From: Burkholderiales bacterium
Lineage (GTDB): Bacteria > Pseudomonadota > Gammaproteobacteria > Burkholderiales > Burkholderiaceae_C
Direction of reading: 5' to 3'
Length of the DNA: 64,000 nucleotides
Assembly: GCA_038236565.1 (NCBI GenBank)
Contig: JBBRZP010000001.1
Location: 17,759 to 81,758, forward strand
A program made the position numbers and the translations under genes. Below, in pieces: positions 29,096 to 38,015 of the stretch; positions within the stretch are counted from its first letter, which is position 1, and every line of letters begins with the position of its first letter. The notes under the pieces were generated by a model, which was not told where the DNA came from, made no database searches, and saw only the letters and a program-made list of their open reading frames with translations.

Positions 29096-29863
29096 ATGAG
29101 CCCTTCACCGAACCGCTGGTCGCGCCCGACGATGGCCGTGGCCTCGCACCTGGCGCTGCTGCTCGTTTGGTATCTGTTCGTCAAGTTCGGCGACGTGCCG
29201 AAGTTCGTCATGCCGTCGCCGATCGACACCGCGAAGACGCTGGCCGCGGCGAACTACAACTGGTGGGGCAACGTGCTGGTCACGGCGACCGAGATCTATG
29301 GCGGCTACCTGATCGCTCTCGTCGTCGGCGTGCTGCTCGCGCTCGCCTTCACGTGGTCGAAGTCGCTCGAGGCGCTGATGATGCCGCTGCTCGTGAGCCT
29401 CAACATGATCCCCAAGGTCGCGCTCGGGCCGCTGATCATCGTCTGGTTCAAGTACGGCGTCGTGCCGAACATGCTGATCGCGTTCTCGATCTGCGTCTTC
29501 CCGATCCTGCTCACGACGGTACGGGGGCTGCGCGAGGTCGAGCCCGACCTGCTCGACCTGGTGAAGAGCTTGAAGGGATCGCGCTGGCAGACCTTCACCA
29601 AGATCCAGCTGCCCGGTGCGCTGCCGTACATCTTCTCGGGCATGAAGGTGGCCGCGATCCTCGCCGTCGCCGGTGCGATCGTCGGCGAGTTCCTGAGCTC
29701 CGACAAAGGGCTCGGCTACCTGATGCTGCAGGTCCAGGTGACCCTCGACACCGCCGCGATGTTCATGGCGGTGCTGCTGATCACCGCCATCGGCATGGTG
29801 CTCTACGGCGCGGTGCTGCTCCTCGAACGCTGGCTCGTCGTTCCGGATGCGCGTGTCGGCTGA
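29096..29863 (+). CDS. ABC transporter permease (SsuC/TauC-type)
   Basis: PSP, IPKVALGPL, EAA-like loop, LPGALPYIFSGMK, VGEF...GLG. Confidence 0.9.
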   Translation: MSPSPNRWSRPTMAVASHLALLLVWYLFVKFGDVPKFVMPSPIDTAKTLAAANYNWWGNVLVTATEIYGGYLIALVVGVLLALAFTWSKSLEALMMPLLVSLNMIPKVALGPLIIVWFKYGVVPNMLIAFSICVFPILLTTVRGLREVEPDLLDLVKSLKGSRWQTFTKIQLPGALPYIFSGMKVAAILAVAGAIVGEFLSSDKGLGYLMLQVQVTLDTAAMFMAVLLITAIGMVLYGAVLLLERWLVVPDARVG

Positions 29864-29864
29864 G

Positions 29865-30632
29865 ATGCAGACCGAGCCCTTCATCCACCTCGAGAACGTC
29901 GCCAAGACCTACGGCACTGGTGCCGCTGCGCACCTCGCGATCTCGAACGCGACCTTCGACGTGATGCCGGGCGAGCTCGCCTGCCTCGTCGGCCCGTCGG
30001 GCTGCGGCAAGAGCACGCTGCTGAAGATCCTCGCCGGGCTCCATCCACACGACGGCGGTACCGTGACGATCGGCTCGCCGTCAAATCCGTTCGATCCGAC
30101 CAAGGACATCGGCATGGTGTTCCAGCAACCGCTGCTGCTGAAATGGCGCACGATCATCGACAACGTCCTCCTGCCGGCCGAGATCCTCGGCCTGCCGATG
30201 AAGGAGAGCCGCGAGCGCGCCAAGGACCTGCTCGCGCTCGTCGGCCTCGCCGGCGCGGCGGCCAAGCGCCCCTACGAGCTCTCGGGCGGGATGCAGCAGC
30301 GCGCCTCGATCGCGCGCGCCCTCGTCCACGATCCCAAGCTCGTTCTCATGGACGAGCCCTTCGGCGCCCTCGATGCGCTGACGCGCGAGAAGATGAACCT
30401 CGAGCTCCTGCGCATCTGGAAGGAATCCGGGAAGACGATCCTCTTCGTCACCCACGGCATCTCCGAGGCGGTGTTCCTCGGAACGCGCGTCGTCGTCTTC
30501 ACTGCCGGCCCGGCGCGCATGGCCGACGACTTCGAGATCGACCTGCCGCATCCGCGCACGCTCGACATGAAGACGCACGAGGCCTTCGGCGTCTACACGC
30601 GCCGCATCTACAAGCTGCTCGGGATGGAGTGA
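29865..30632 (+). CDS. ABC transporter ATP-binding protein (SsuB/TauB-type)
   Basis: GPSGCGKST, LSGGMQQR, MDEPFGALD, VTH. Confidence 0.92.
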   Translation: MQTEPFIHLENVAKTYGTGAAAHLAISNATFDVMPGELACLVGPSGCGKSTLLKILAGLHPHDGGTVTIGSPSNPFDPTKDIGMVFQQPLLLKWRTIIDNVLLPAEILGLPMKESRERAKDLLALVGLAGAAAKRPYELSGGMQQRASIARALVHDPKLVLMDEPFGALDALTREKMNLELLRIWKESGKTILFVTHGISEAVFLGTRVVVFTAGPARMADDFEIDLPHPRTLDMKTHEAFGVYTRRIYKLLGME

Positions 30633-30652
30633 GCCGTCGGCTCACTCCATCC
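30622..30652. repeat. Perfect 15-bp inverted repeat spanning the ATPase stop codon
   Basis: GGATGGAGTGAGCCG-T-CGGCTCACTCCATCC. Confidence 0.8.
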
Positions 30653-30670
30653 TTCGGATACCGGCCTGCT

Positions 30671-30725
30671 CCCGCCCCAACCCCTCCCTCCGAGAAGGAG
30701 GGGCCGGCCCCGCTGGGGCCGCTTT
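30671..30725. repeat. REP-like and terminator-like hairpins between convergent operons
   Basis: CCCCAACCCCTCC-CTCCGAGAA-GGAGGGG, then CGGCCCC-GCT-GGGGCCG-CTTT. Confidence 0.4.
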
Positions 30726-31489
30726 CACGACACGCGCATCTTCAGCGCGTGGTCGTAGGGCAGCGCCGGCGTCGCGAACTCGACGCCGTTCTTCACGTAG
30801 TGCAGCGCGCAGGCGCGCCGCCAGCGCGGGCTGTGGTTGGGCCCCGACTGGTGGAAGGTGTTGCCGTGATGGAAGCTCACGCCGCCCTTTCGCACCGGCG
30901 CTGGCGTCATCGGCTGCTTGTCGAGCACCGCCGGCGGCAGCTGCAGGTTGAACGGTTCGGCCTCCGGCGCAACGTGGCCGTAGACCGGGCCGGCGTTGCT
31001 GCCGTCGCCGAAGTAGAGGCAGCCGTTCTCGAGCGTCGCGTCGTCGAGCGCGATCCACGCGGTGACGATGCCGTCGCGGTCGGTCGGGCCGAAGTAGAAG
31101 TTGTCCTGGTGCGCCGGCTTCGGGCCGCCGCCTTCGGGCGGCTTGAAGAAGATCTGGCTGAAGTACACCGACACGCCCGCGCCGAGGATGGCCTCGACCA
31201 GCGCGACGAGCCGCGGATCGCGTGCCAGCGCCTCGACCGCCTTGCGATGCGCGTGCGGGTTGTCGAGCTTTCTCAGCACGGTCTTCGCCTTCACGCCGCC
31301 GTCGACGTACCACGCGCGCTGCTCCGGCGGCAGCCCAGCGAGGCAGGATTCGCCCCAGGCCTCGATGTCGGCGATGACCGCGTCGGTCTCCGCCGCGCCG
31401 AAGACTCCGTTGACGGTGAGATGGCCCTGGTGGCGATAGAACGCGAGATCGATCGCGTCGATCGGCGCCGCGGTCCGCGCCACCATCAC
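30725..31489 (-). CDS. Phytanoyl-CoA dioxygenase (PhyH) family Fe(II)/2-oxoglutarate oxygenase
   Basis: FFKPP, HQD, TAWIALDDATLENGCL, HHGNTFHQSGPN.S...R; GTG/ATG start overlaps the upstream stop. Confidence 0.87.
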   Translation of the reverse strand: MMVARTAAPIDAIDLAFYRHQGHLTVNGVFGAAETDAVIADIEAWGESCLAGLPPEQRAWYVDGGVKAKTVLRKLDNPHAHRKAVEALARDPRLVALVEAILGAGVSVYFSQIFFKPPEGGGPKPAHQDNFYFGPTDRDGIVTAWIALDDATLENGCLYFGDGSNAGPVYGHVAPEAEPFNLQLPPAVLDKQPMTPAPVRKGGVSFHHGNTFHQSGPNHSPRWRRACALHYVKNGVEFATPALPYDHALKMRVS

Positions 31490-32949
31490 GACGCGTCCCC
31501 GGTCCAGGACGACTCCGCCATCGGCGCTGTCGTCGACAGGTCGGGCACGACCGCGCTGCCGAAGCCCGGGCACTCGAGCGAGCCGAGCGCGAGCCGACCG
31601 CCGACGATGCTTAGCCGAACGTGCCGGTCCTCCTCGACGTAGAGGTCCGGGTGGGCCTGCAGGAAGGCGAGGCTCTCGCCCTGCGGCCGACCTGCGAATC
31701 CGTCGATGAAGTGGTGGCCATTCCTCTCGACGTCGGCCAGGCCGAGCAGCGAGACGAGCGCCAGATCCTGCTGGACGGCCAGGCCGGCCTGCGTCGTCAG
31801 GTCTTCGCCCGAGAGGAAGAACGAGCCTTCGGCGCCTTCGGCGTTCCAGGTGCGGCAGCGCGCCAGGTTGACGAGCGACTTGTAGAAGCCCTTGCAGTCC
31901 TTCGACGAGACGCCGCCGTAGCCGAGCGCGCGGGCGCGCAGGAACGAGTCGATCTCGCCGTCCGACTCGTCGATGATCACGGGCCTGAGGCGCGCCAGCG
32001 CGGCGATGCTGCGCGAGAGCGCCGCCTGGCGCTTGATCGGCTGCTCGATGAAAAGCGTCGCCGCGCAGAGCTTCTGCAGCACCGGCTCGGCCTCCATCGC
32101 GCTCCAGAGCTCGACGACCGACTCGACGTCGTCGTACTGCTCGTTGCCGTCGAGCGTGACGTGCAGCGGCCCGGCGATGCCGTCGAGGACCGAGGCGATG
32201 CGCGTCAGCCGGTCGAGGTCGGCGCGCCGGTCGCCGCTCACCTTGAGCTTGAAGCAGCGCTGCCCGTAGCGGCGCACGACCTCCTCGAGCGTCTCCGGGA
32301 GGCCGTCGTTGACGCGATCGGCGATCGCCTGGTCGCCGGCCGTGATCGGATCGACGAGGCCGACGGTGTGCCGGGCCTCGATGCTGTCCGACGGCACCAG
32401 GCCGGCGAGGAAGGCGGTGAAGTCGAAGTCGCCGAGATCGGCGATGACCGGATGCGGAATCATTCCGGCGAGGTTGCTGCGCATCGCCGTCCAGAAGCTG
32501 ACGCCGTGCAGGCGGCAGACGGCGTCGAGCACGGCGCGATCGACGAGCGCGTTGCCGAAGCTCGCGACCAGCGGCGGCAGGCCGAGCTCGCGGCCGGCGC
32601 GGATCTGGTGGCGGTAGTTGTCGGCGAAGAGATCGAACGGCGTGGACGGCGTCGCGTCCTTGTACGCTTCGGCGGCGAGCTCGATCGCGCGGCGCAGCTG
32701 GTCCTGGTTCTGCGCGTCCGAGAGCGCCGGGTTCTTGTCGAACCACTTCGCCGCCAGCATCTCGGCCGCGTAGCCGAAGCCCTCGCGACCGTCGTCGAGG
32801 CGCAGCTGCACGCGCACGTAAGCCTGAATGCTCTCGGTGACGGTGATGACGCCGAAGCGGAACGGCAGGCGCAGCCTGAACGGCTGTTCGAAGCCTTCGA
32901 CGCCGAGCACGGTGACCCTGGGTGCGTGCGGCGGCGGCGCGATCATCAA
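31486..32949 (-). CDS. Enolase-superfamily (mandelate racemase-like) protein of unknown function
   Basis: LPFRFG capping domain, FKLKV, DGNEQ, EQP, DES, ERNGHH, GFG C-terminus. Confidence 0.75.
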   Translation of the reverse strand: MMIAPPPHAPRVTVLGVEGFEQPFRLRLPFRFGVITVTESIQAYVRVQLRLDDGREGFGYAAEMLAAKWFDKNPALSDAQNQDQLRRAIELAAEAYKDATPSTPFDLFADNYRHQIRAGRELGLPPLVASFGNALVDRAVLDAVCRLHGVSFWTAMRSNLAGMIPHPVIADLGDFDFTAFLAGLVPSDSIEARHTVGLVDPITAGDQAIADRVNDGLPETLEEVVRRYGQRCFKLKVSGDRRADLDRLTRIASVLDGIAGPLHVTLDGNEQYDDVESVVELWSAMEAEPVLQKLCAATLFIEQPIKRQAALSRSIAALARLRPVIIDESDGEIDSFLRARALGYGGVSSKDCKGFYKSLVNLARCRTWNAEGAEGSFFLSGEDLTTQAGLAVQQDLALVSLLGLADVERNGHHFIDGFAGRPQGESLAFLQAHPDLYVEEDRHVRLSIVGGRLALGSLECPGFGSAVVPDLSTTAPMAESSWTGDAS

Positions 32950-32961
32950 GGGCGGTTCCCT

Positions 32962-34044
32962 TCAGGCGAGCCAGCGCTCGAGGTGGGCCGCGACGAAGGC
33001 GTCGTCGGCGAGGTCGGCGTGCTCGCGCACGACGCGATCGATCGCCTCGCGCTGTCCGCGGCCGAGGCCTTCGTCCGGATCGAGGCAATCGATGCGCTCG
33101 AGCAGCCCCTGCCGGCGCAGCACCTCGTGGCAGCCGGCGATGCAGCCCTGGAAGTCGTTGGCGACGTCGAAGAAGGCGCTGTTGCAGTCGGTGACGCGGC
33201 TGTCGAGCGCGAGCAGATCGACGTCGATCGCGCCGCTCGCCTCGTGCTGGCGCACCGCCGCCTTGCAGCGCTCGAGCAGATCGACCGCGCCCCTGGTCCA
33301 CACCGACCAGTGGCCGAGCAGGCCGCCTCGGAATCGCACGCTCACGGGCGCTTCGTCGCGCATCGCGACGAAGGGCGTGACGAGATCGAGGACGATGTGG
33401 TCGTCGTTGCCGGTGTAGAGCGCGACGCGTTCCTCGGCTCGCGCCGCGACGAGGCCGCGCACGACGTCGATCGTGCGGTAGCGGTTGAACGGCGCGACCT
33501 TGATCGCAACGACGTTGTCGAGCGCGGCGAAGCGGGTCCAGAACGGGACGCCCAGTTCCAGGCCACCGACCGCCGTCTGCAGGTAGAAGCCGATCAGCGG
33601 CATCTCGCGCGCCACCGCTTCGCAGTGCAGCAGCAGCTCGTCGTCGCTCGCGCCCTTGAGCGCGGCCAGGCTCAGCAGCACGGCGTCGTAGCCCAGGCCG
33701 CGCGCGAGGCGCGCTTCGGCGACGGCCTGCAGCGTCAGGCCGCAGGCGCCGGCGACGAGCACGGGTCGGGTCGCGCCGGCCTCGGGCAGGCGCTTCCAGT
33801 CGCGCGCGGTCTCGGCGGCGATCCGGAGCACGTCCTCGAACAGGCCCGCCTCGCGGATCGCGAACTGGGTCGTGTGGACGCCGACCGCGAGGCCGCCGGC
33901 ACCGGCGTCGAGGTAGTAGCGCGCGAGGGCGCGCTGGCGCCGGCGATCGAGCCGGCGATCGACGTCGAGCGCGAGCGGGTGGGCGGGGATCGCGAGGCCC
34001 GAGAAGAGGCGCTCGCGCAGGTCAGCGGCGGCAGGCGGCGCCAC
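32962..34044 (-). CDS. Dihydrodipicolinate synthase family aldolase/lyase (atypical)
   Basis: IPAHPL, GVHTTQF, FYLQ, IKVAPF (Schiff-base Lys), TGNDD. Confidence 0.8.
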   Translation of the reverse strand: MAPPAAADLRERLFSGLAIPAHPLALDVDRRLDRRRQRALARYYLDAGAGGLAVGVHTTQFAIREAGLFEDVLRIAAETARDWKRLPEAGATRPVLVAGACGLTLQAVAEARLARGLGYDAVLLSLAALKGASDDELLLHCEAVAREMPLIGFYLQTAVGGLELGVPFWTRFAALDNVVAIKVAPFNRYRTIDVVRGLVAARAEERVALYTGNDDHIVLDLVTPFVAMRDEAPVSVRFRGGLLGHWSVWTRGAVDLLERCKAAVRQHEASGAIDVDLLALDSRVTDCNSAFFDVANDFQGCIAGCHEVLRRQGLLERIDCLDPDEGLGRGQREAIDRVVREHADLADDAFVAAHLERWLA

Positions 34045-34045
34045 G

Positions 34046-34915
34046 TCAGCCGAACTCCGGCCCGGCCAGCGCGAACATGCGCAGGTCGGCCTTGAGGAGC
34101 GCGCCGTCGCCGAGCGCCATGCGCACGAACGAACGCTGGCGCGTGAAGCCGTGCTGCTCGAGACGCTGCGCCAGCGTCGACGCGCGCTCCGGCACGTCGA
34201 TGAAGACGGGACCCGCGGTCGATGCGAGCGCGGTCTCGACGAGCGACAGCGCGTCGGCCGTGCGTGCCGCGACGACGGGGCCGATGTGCGTCGCGCGACG
34301 GCCGGCGCGCGCGATCACGAAGCCGTCGCGCGTCGACGCGAGCCAGGCGCGCGAGCCCGGCCGGGCGACCAACGACCGCAGCAGCGTGCCGCGACCGACG
34401 CGCTGCGCCGCGCCGTCGAGCGCGACCAGCTCGTCGACGTCGGCGCCGCGGCGCGCGTCGAACGGGCCGTCCACGGCGCCGCGCCGCGTCGCCACGACGG
34501 GCTGCGCGCCGGTGTCGGCGCGCTCCCAGCGTTCGAACGCGAAGCCGGCCGCGAAACCGCTCCGGCGATAGACCTCGGCACCGGCCGGCGTGGCGTCGAG
34601 GATCGGCACGCGGCCTCCGCGCCGGAGCGCGCCGACGCAGGCCTCGAGCAGGCTGGTCGCGAGGCCGCGATGACGGTGCGCGTCGTCGACGAGGACCATC
34701 GAGATCCAGCCGAAGCCGCGGTCGTACGGAAGGGCGGCGGCCGTCGCGACGACCCGGCCGGCGTCGTCGCGCCTGCCGAAGACCTCGCTTTCGGTCATGA
34801 AGAAGGTCCAGTCGTCGGCGTTCTGGTTCCAGCCGGCGGCGTCCGACAACGCGAGACCGCCCGCGACGTCGGCGACGCCGAGGCGGTCGATCGCGAGCGC
34901 GTCAGAAGTCGCCAT
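34046..34915 (-). CDS. Tandem-domain GNAT N-acetyltransferase
   Basis: GWNQ, WISMVLV...HRHRGLA, LDATPAG..VY..SGF, second domain with IGPVVA, GPEFG end. Confidence 0.83.
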   Translation of the reverse strand: MATSDALAIDRLGVADVAGGLALSDAAGWNQNADDWTFFMTESEVFGRRDDAGRVVATAAALPYDRGFGWISMVLVDDAHRHRGLATSLLEACVGALRRGGRVPILDATPAGAEVYRRSGFAAGFAFERWERADTGAQPVVATRRGAVDGPFDARRGADVDELVALDGAAQRVGRGTLLRSLVARPGSRAWLASTRDGFVIARAGRRATHIGPVVAARTADALSLVETALASTAGPVFIDVPERASTLAQRLEQHGFTRQRSFVRMALGDGALLKADLRMFALAGPEFG

Positions 34916-35942
34916 CGCGGACCTCGAACTTGGTCGGCTTGCCGAAGCTCGTGCCGCCCGAGCGCACCCAGTCGGCGACCCAGTCGAGCATGCGGCCGAG
35001 CGGCACGAGGGGATAGCCGAAGAGCGCGGCGGCCGCGGTCGTGTCGGAGAGCAGCGCCGTCTCGGCCTCGCTGCCCGAGACCTTCGCCTCGACGCCGAGC
35101 CGGTGCGCCAGCTCGCGGGCGAGCCAGCGGATCGAGATCGTCTCCGGACCGGTGACGTTGATCGGCGTCGTCGGCGTCGTGCAGCGGGCGAGGCAGCGCA
35201 GCACCTGGGCGTTGGCGTCGCCCTGCCAGACGACGTTGACGTGGCCCATCGTGACGTCCACCGTCTCGCCGCGATGGACCTTCGACGCGATGTCGAAGAT
35301 CACGCCGTAGCGCATGTCGATCGCGTAGTTGAGGCGCACGATCCGGCCCGGCGTGCCGTGGCGTGCCGAGAAGTGCTCGAACATGCGCTCGCGGCCGAGA
35401 CACGACTGCGCGTAGTCGCCGACCGGCGCCGGCACCATGCGCTCGTTCGCGCCGGCACTGCCGACGGCCGTGAGTCCGTAGACGTTGCCGGTCGAGAAGG
35501 CGACGATGCGGGAGCGCCGACAGCGCTCGGCGACGAGCGCCGGCACGTGGACGTTCATCGCCCAGGTCAGGCCGGGATTGCCGGTCGCGCCGAACTTGTG
35601 CCCGGCGGCGAAGATCACGTTCGGCGCCTCGGGCAGGGCCTCGACGGCGGCGCGGTCGAGCAGGTCGCAGGCGATCGTCTCGATGCCGTCGGCGGCGAGC
35701 CGGTCGCGCACCGCCGGATCGCTGAAGCGCGCGACGCCGACGACGCGCCGCCCGGGTGTCGCGCGCTTGGCGAGGCGCGCCAGCGTCGGCCCCATCTTGC
35801 CGGCGACGCCGAGGATCATCAGGTCGCCCTCGACGCGTGACAGCTCCTCGACGAGGACGCGGCTCGGCCGGGTCAGGAAGTCGTCGAGCTCGGCGACCGT
35901 GGCGAAGCGGTCGGGGAGCGCCGAGGGGTCGAGGAGGTCCAC
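34902..35942 (-). CDS. NAD-dependent epimerase/dehydratase (extended SDR, atypical active site)
   Basis: GVAGKMG, KFG, FSTGNVY, YAQSCLGRER, RLNYA. Confidence 0.8.
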   Translation of the reverse strand: MDLLDPSALPDRFATVAELDDFLTRPSRVLVEELSRVEGDLMILGVAGKMGPTLARLAKRATPGRRVVGVARFSDPAVRDRLAADGIETIACDLLDRAAVEALPEAPNVIFAAGHKFGATGNPGLTWAMNVHVPALVAERCRRSRIVAFSTGNVYGLTAVGSAGANERMVPAPVGDYAQSCLGRERMFEHFSARHGTPGRIVRLNYAIDMRYGVIFDIASKVHRGETVDVTMGHVNVVWQGDANAQVLRCLARCTTPTTPINVTGPETISIRWLARELAHRLGVEAKVSGSEAETALLSDTTAAAALFGYPLVPLGRMLDWVADWVRSGGTSFGKPTKFEVRDGDF

Positions 35943-36053
35943 GTCCGGATTCAGGCAGAAGGCCGGTCGAGTTTAGCGGCCGCACCGGCGGCGCACGCCG
36001 CGATCGCGCAAGTTGCTACCCTTGGCGACGCGACTGAACGGGAGACCAGCGCC

Positions 36054-37850
36054 ATGGCGACGGAGAAGATCGTCCGCATCGGCGGAGCGTCCGGCTTCTG
36101 GGGCGACAGCCGCGTCGCCGCGCCGCAGCTCGTCGCTTCGGGCGGCGTCGACTACCTGGTGTTCGACTATCTGGCCGAGACGACGATGGCGATCCTCGCC
36201 GCGGCACGGATGAAGGACCCGGCTCTCGGCTACGCCACCGATTTCGTCGAGGTCGCGATGCAGTCCGTGCTGGGCGAGATCGCAGCACGCGGCATCAAGG
36301 TCGTGAGCAACGCCGGCGGCATCCATCCCCAGGCGTGCGCGGCGGCGCTCGAGGCGCGGATCGCCGCAGCGGGGCTCTCGCTGCGGGTCGCGGTTGTCGA
36401 CGGCGACGACGTCAGCGCGCTCGTCCCCGCGCTCGCGGCGCGCGGCGTGCGCGACATGGAGAGCGGCGAGCCGCTGCCGGCGCGCGTCGCGAGCGCCAAC
36501 GCGTATCTCGGTGCGCTGCCGATCGCGCGTGCGCTCGCCGCCGGCGCCGACATCGTCGTCACCGGCCGCGTCGTCGACAGCGCGCTCGTCCTCGGCCCGC
36601 TGATGCACGAGTTCGGCTGGCGCGCCGACGCCTTCGATCTCCTCGCCGCCGGCAGCCTCGCCGGCCACATCGTCGAGTGCGGCTGCCAGGCGACCGGGGG
36701 CCTCTTCACCGACTGGGAATCGGTGCCCGACTGGGCGCACATCGGCTATCCGATCGCCGAATGCCGCGCCGACGGCATGTTCGACATCGTCAAGCCGGCC
36801 GGCACCGGCGGGCTGATCGCGCGCGCGGCGATCGCCGAGCAGCTGCTCTACGAGATCGGCGATCCGGGCGCCTATGTGCTGCCCGACGTGATCTGCGACT
36901 TCCGCGCGGTCGTCATCGAACAAGTCGACGCCCAGCGGGTGCGGGTCAGCGGCGCGCGCGGGCTCGCGCCGACCGACACGTACAAGGTCTCGGCGACGAC
37001 GCGGCAGGGCTATCGCTCGGCGGGGACGCTCGTCATCGTCGGCATCGACGCGGTCGCGAAGGCCGAGCGCACCGGCCGGGCGATCGTCGAGCGCACGCGC
37101 GAGCTGCTGCGCGCGGAGGGCCTCGCCGACTTCACCGCGACGCACATCGAGGTGATCGGCGCGGAGAGCTCGTACGGGCCGCATGCGCGCACGCGCGCCA
37201 ATCGCGAGGTGATGCTGCGCGTCGTCGCCGACCATGCCGACCGGCGCGCGCTCGACATCTTCGCGCGCGAGATCGCGCCTGCGGGCACGTCGTGGTCGCC
37301 GGGAACGACCGGTCCGGGCGCCGGCCGCCCTAGCGTCTCGCCTCTGATCAAGCCGTTCTCGTTCCTGATCGACAAGAGCGAGGTGCAGGCGCGTCTCGCG
37401 CTGGCCGGCATGCACGAGGCGGTGCCGATCGCCAGGCACGGCGGCACGGTGCCGACGCCACCGCGCGGCGATGCGCCGGCCCCCCGCGATCTCGTCGTTC
37501 GCGGTGCCGAGCCCACGGAAGCCGTGCCGCTGATCCGCCTCGCGTGGGCGCGCAGCGGCGACAAGGGAAACCTCTCCAACGTCGGCGTCGTCGCGCGCCG
37601 GCCGGAGTGGCTGCCGCTGCTGTGGGACGTGCTCACGCGGGAACGCGTCGGCTCCTATCTCGCCCATCTCGTGCACGGCGAGGTCGAGCGCTTCCGGCTG
37701 CCCGGCATCGCGGCGATCAACTTCGTCCTGCACGACGCGCTCGACGGCGGCGGCCCGGTGTCACGACGGCTCGATCCGCTCGGCAAGGGCATGGCGCAGA
37801 TCCTTCTCGACATGCCGATCGAGGTGCCGCTCTCGATGATCGCGGACTGA
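36054..37850 (+). CDS. Acyclic terpene utilisation AtuA family protein (DUF1446)
   Basis: RIGGASGFWGDS, DYLAE.TM, NAGG, NAYLGA, GRVVDS, GHIVECG.QATGG, EQLLYEI.DP..Y..PDV, ARSGDKG, DPLGKG. Confidence 0.88.
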   Translation: MATEKIVRIGGASGFWGDSRVAAPQLVASGGVDYLVFDYLAETTMAILAAARMKDPALGYATDFVEVAMQSVLGEIAARGIKVVSNAGGIHPQACAAALEARIAAAGLSLRVAVVDGDDVSALVPALAARGVRDMESGEPLPARVASANAYLGALPIARALAAGADIVVTGRVVDSALVLGPLMHEFGWRADAFDLLAAGSLAGHIVECGCQATGGLFTDWESVPDWAHIGYPIAECRADGMFDIVKPAGTGGLIARAAIAEQLLYEIGDPGAYVLPDVICDFRAVVIEQVDAQRVRVSGARGLAPTDTYKVSATTRQGYRSAGTLVIVGIDAVAKAERTGRAIVERTRELLRAEGLADFTATHIEVIGAESSYGPHARTRANREVMLRVVADHADRRALDIFAREIAPAGTSWSPGTTGPGAGRPSVSPLIKPFSFLIDKSEVQARLALAGMHEAVPIARHGGTVPTPPRGDAPAPRDLVVRGAEPTEAVPLIRLAWARSGDKGNLSNVGVVARRPEWLPLLWDVLTRERVGSYLAHLVHGEVERFRLPGIAAINFVLHDALDGGGPVSRRLDPLGKGMAQILLDMPIEVPLSMIAD

Positions 37851-38015
37851 ACCGGACGCACGCCGCACAGGGCGAGCGACGTGCCCGATGCGCTAGTGAC
37901 TAGCCCTGATTGCGGCACCGGACGTTCCTCCTAAGCTCGTCCGGTCGATGTGCTGCTGCACGTCTTTCCCGACACGATCCGCCGGAATGACCGGCGGACA
38001 CACTGGAGACCCACC

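Noticed and set aside
28934-29096. TPP or SAM riboswitch upstream of the THI5-like/MetE-like genes
   Set aside because: No CTGAGA/ACCTGA or SAM consensus elements seen on either strand; an Rfam scan would be needed to exclude it fully
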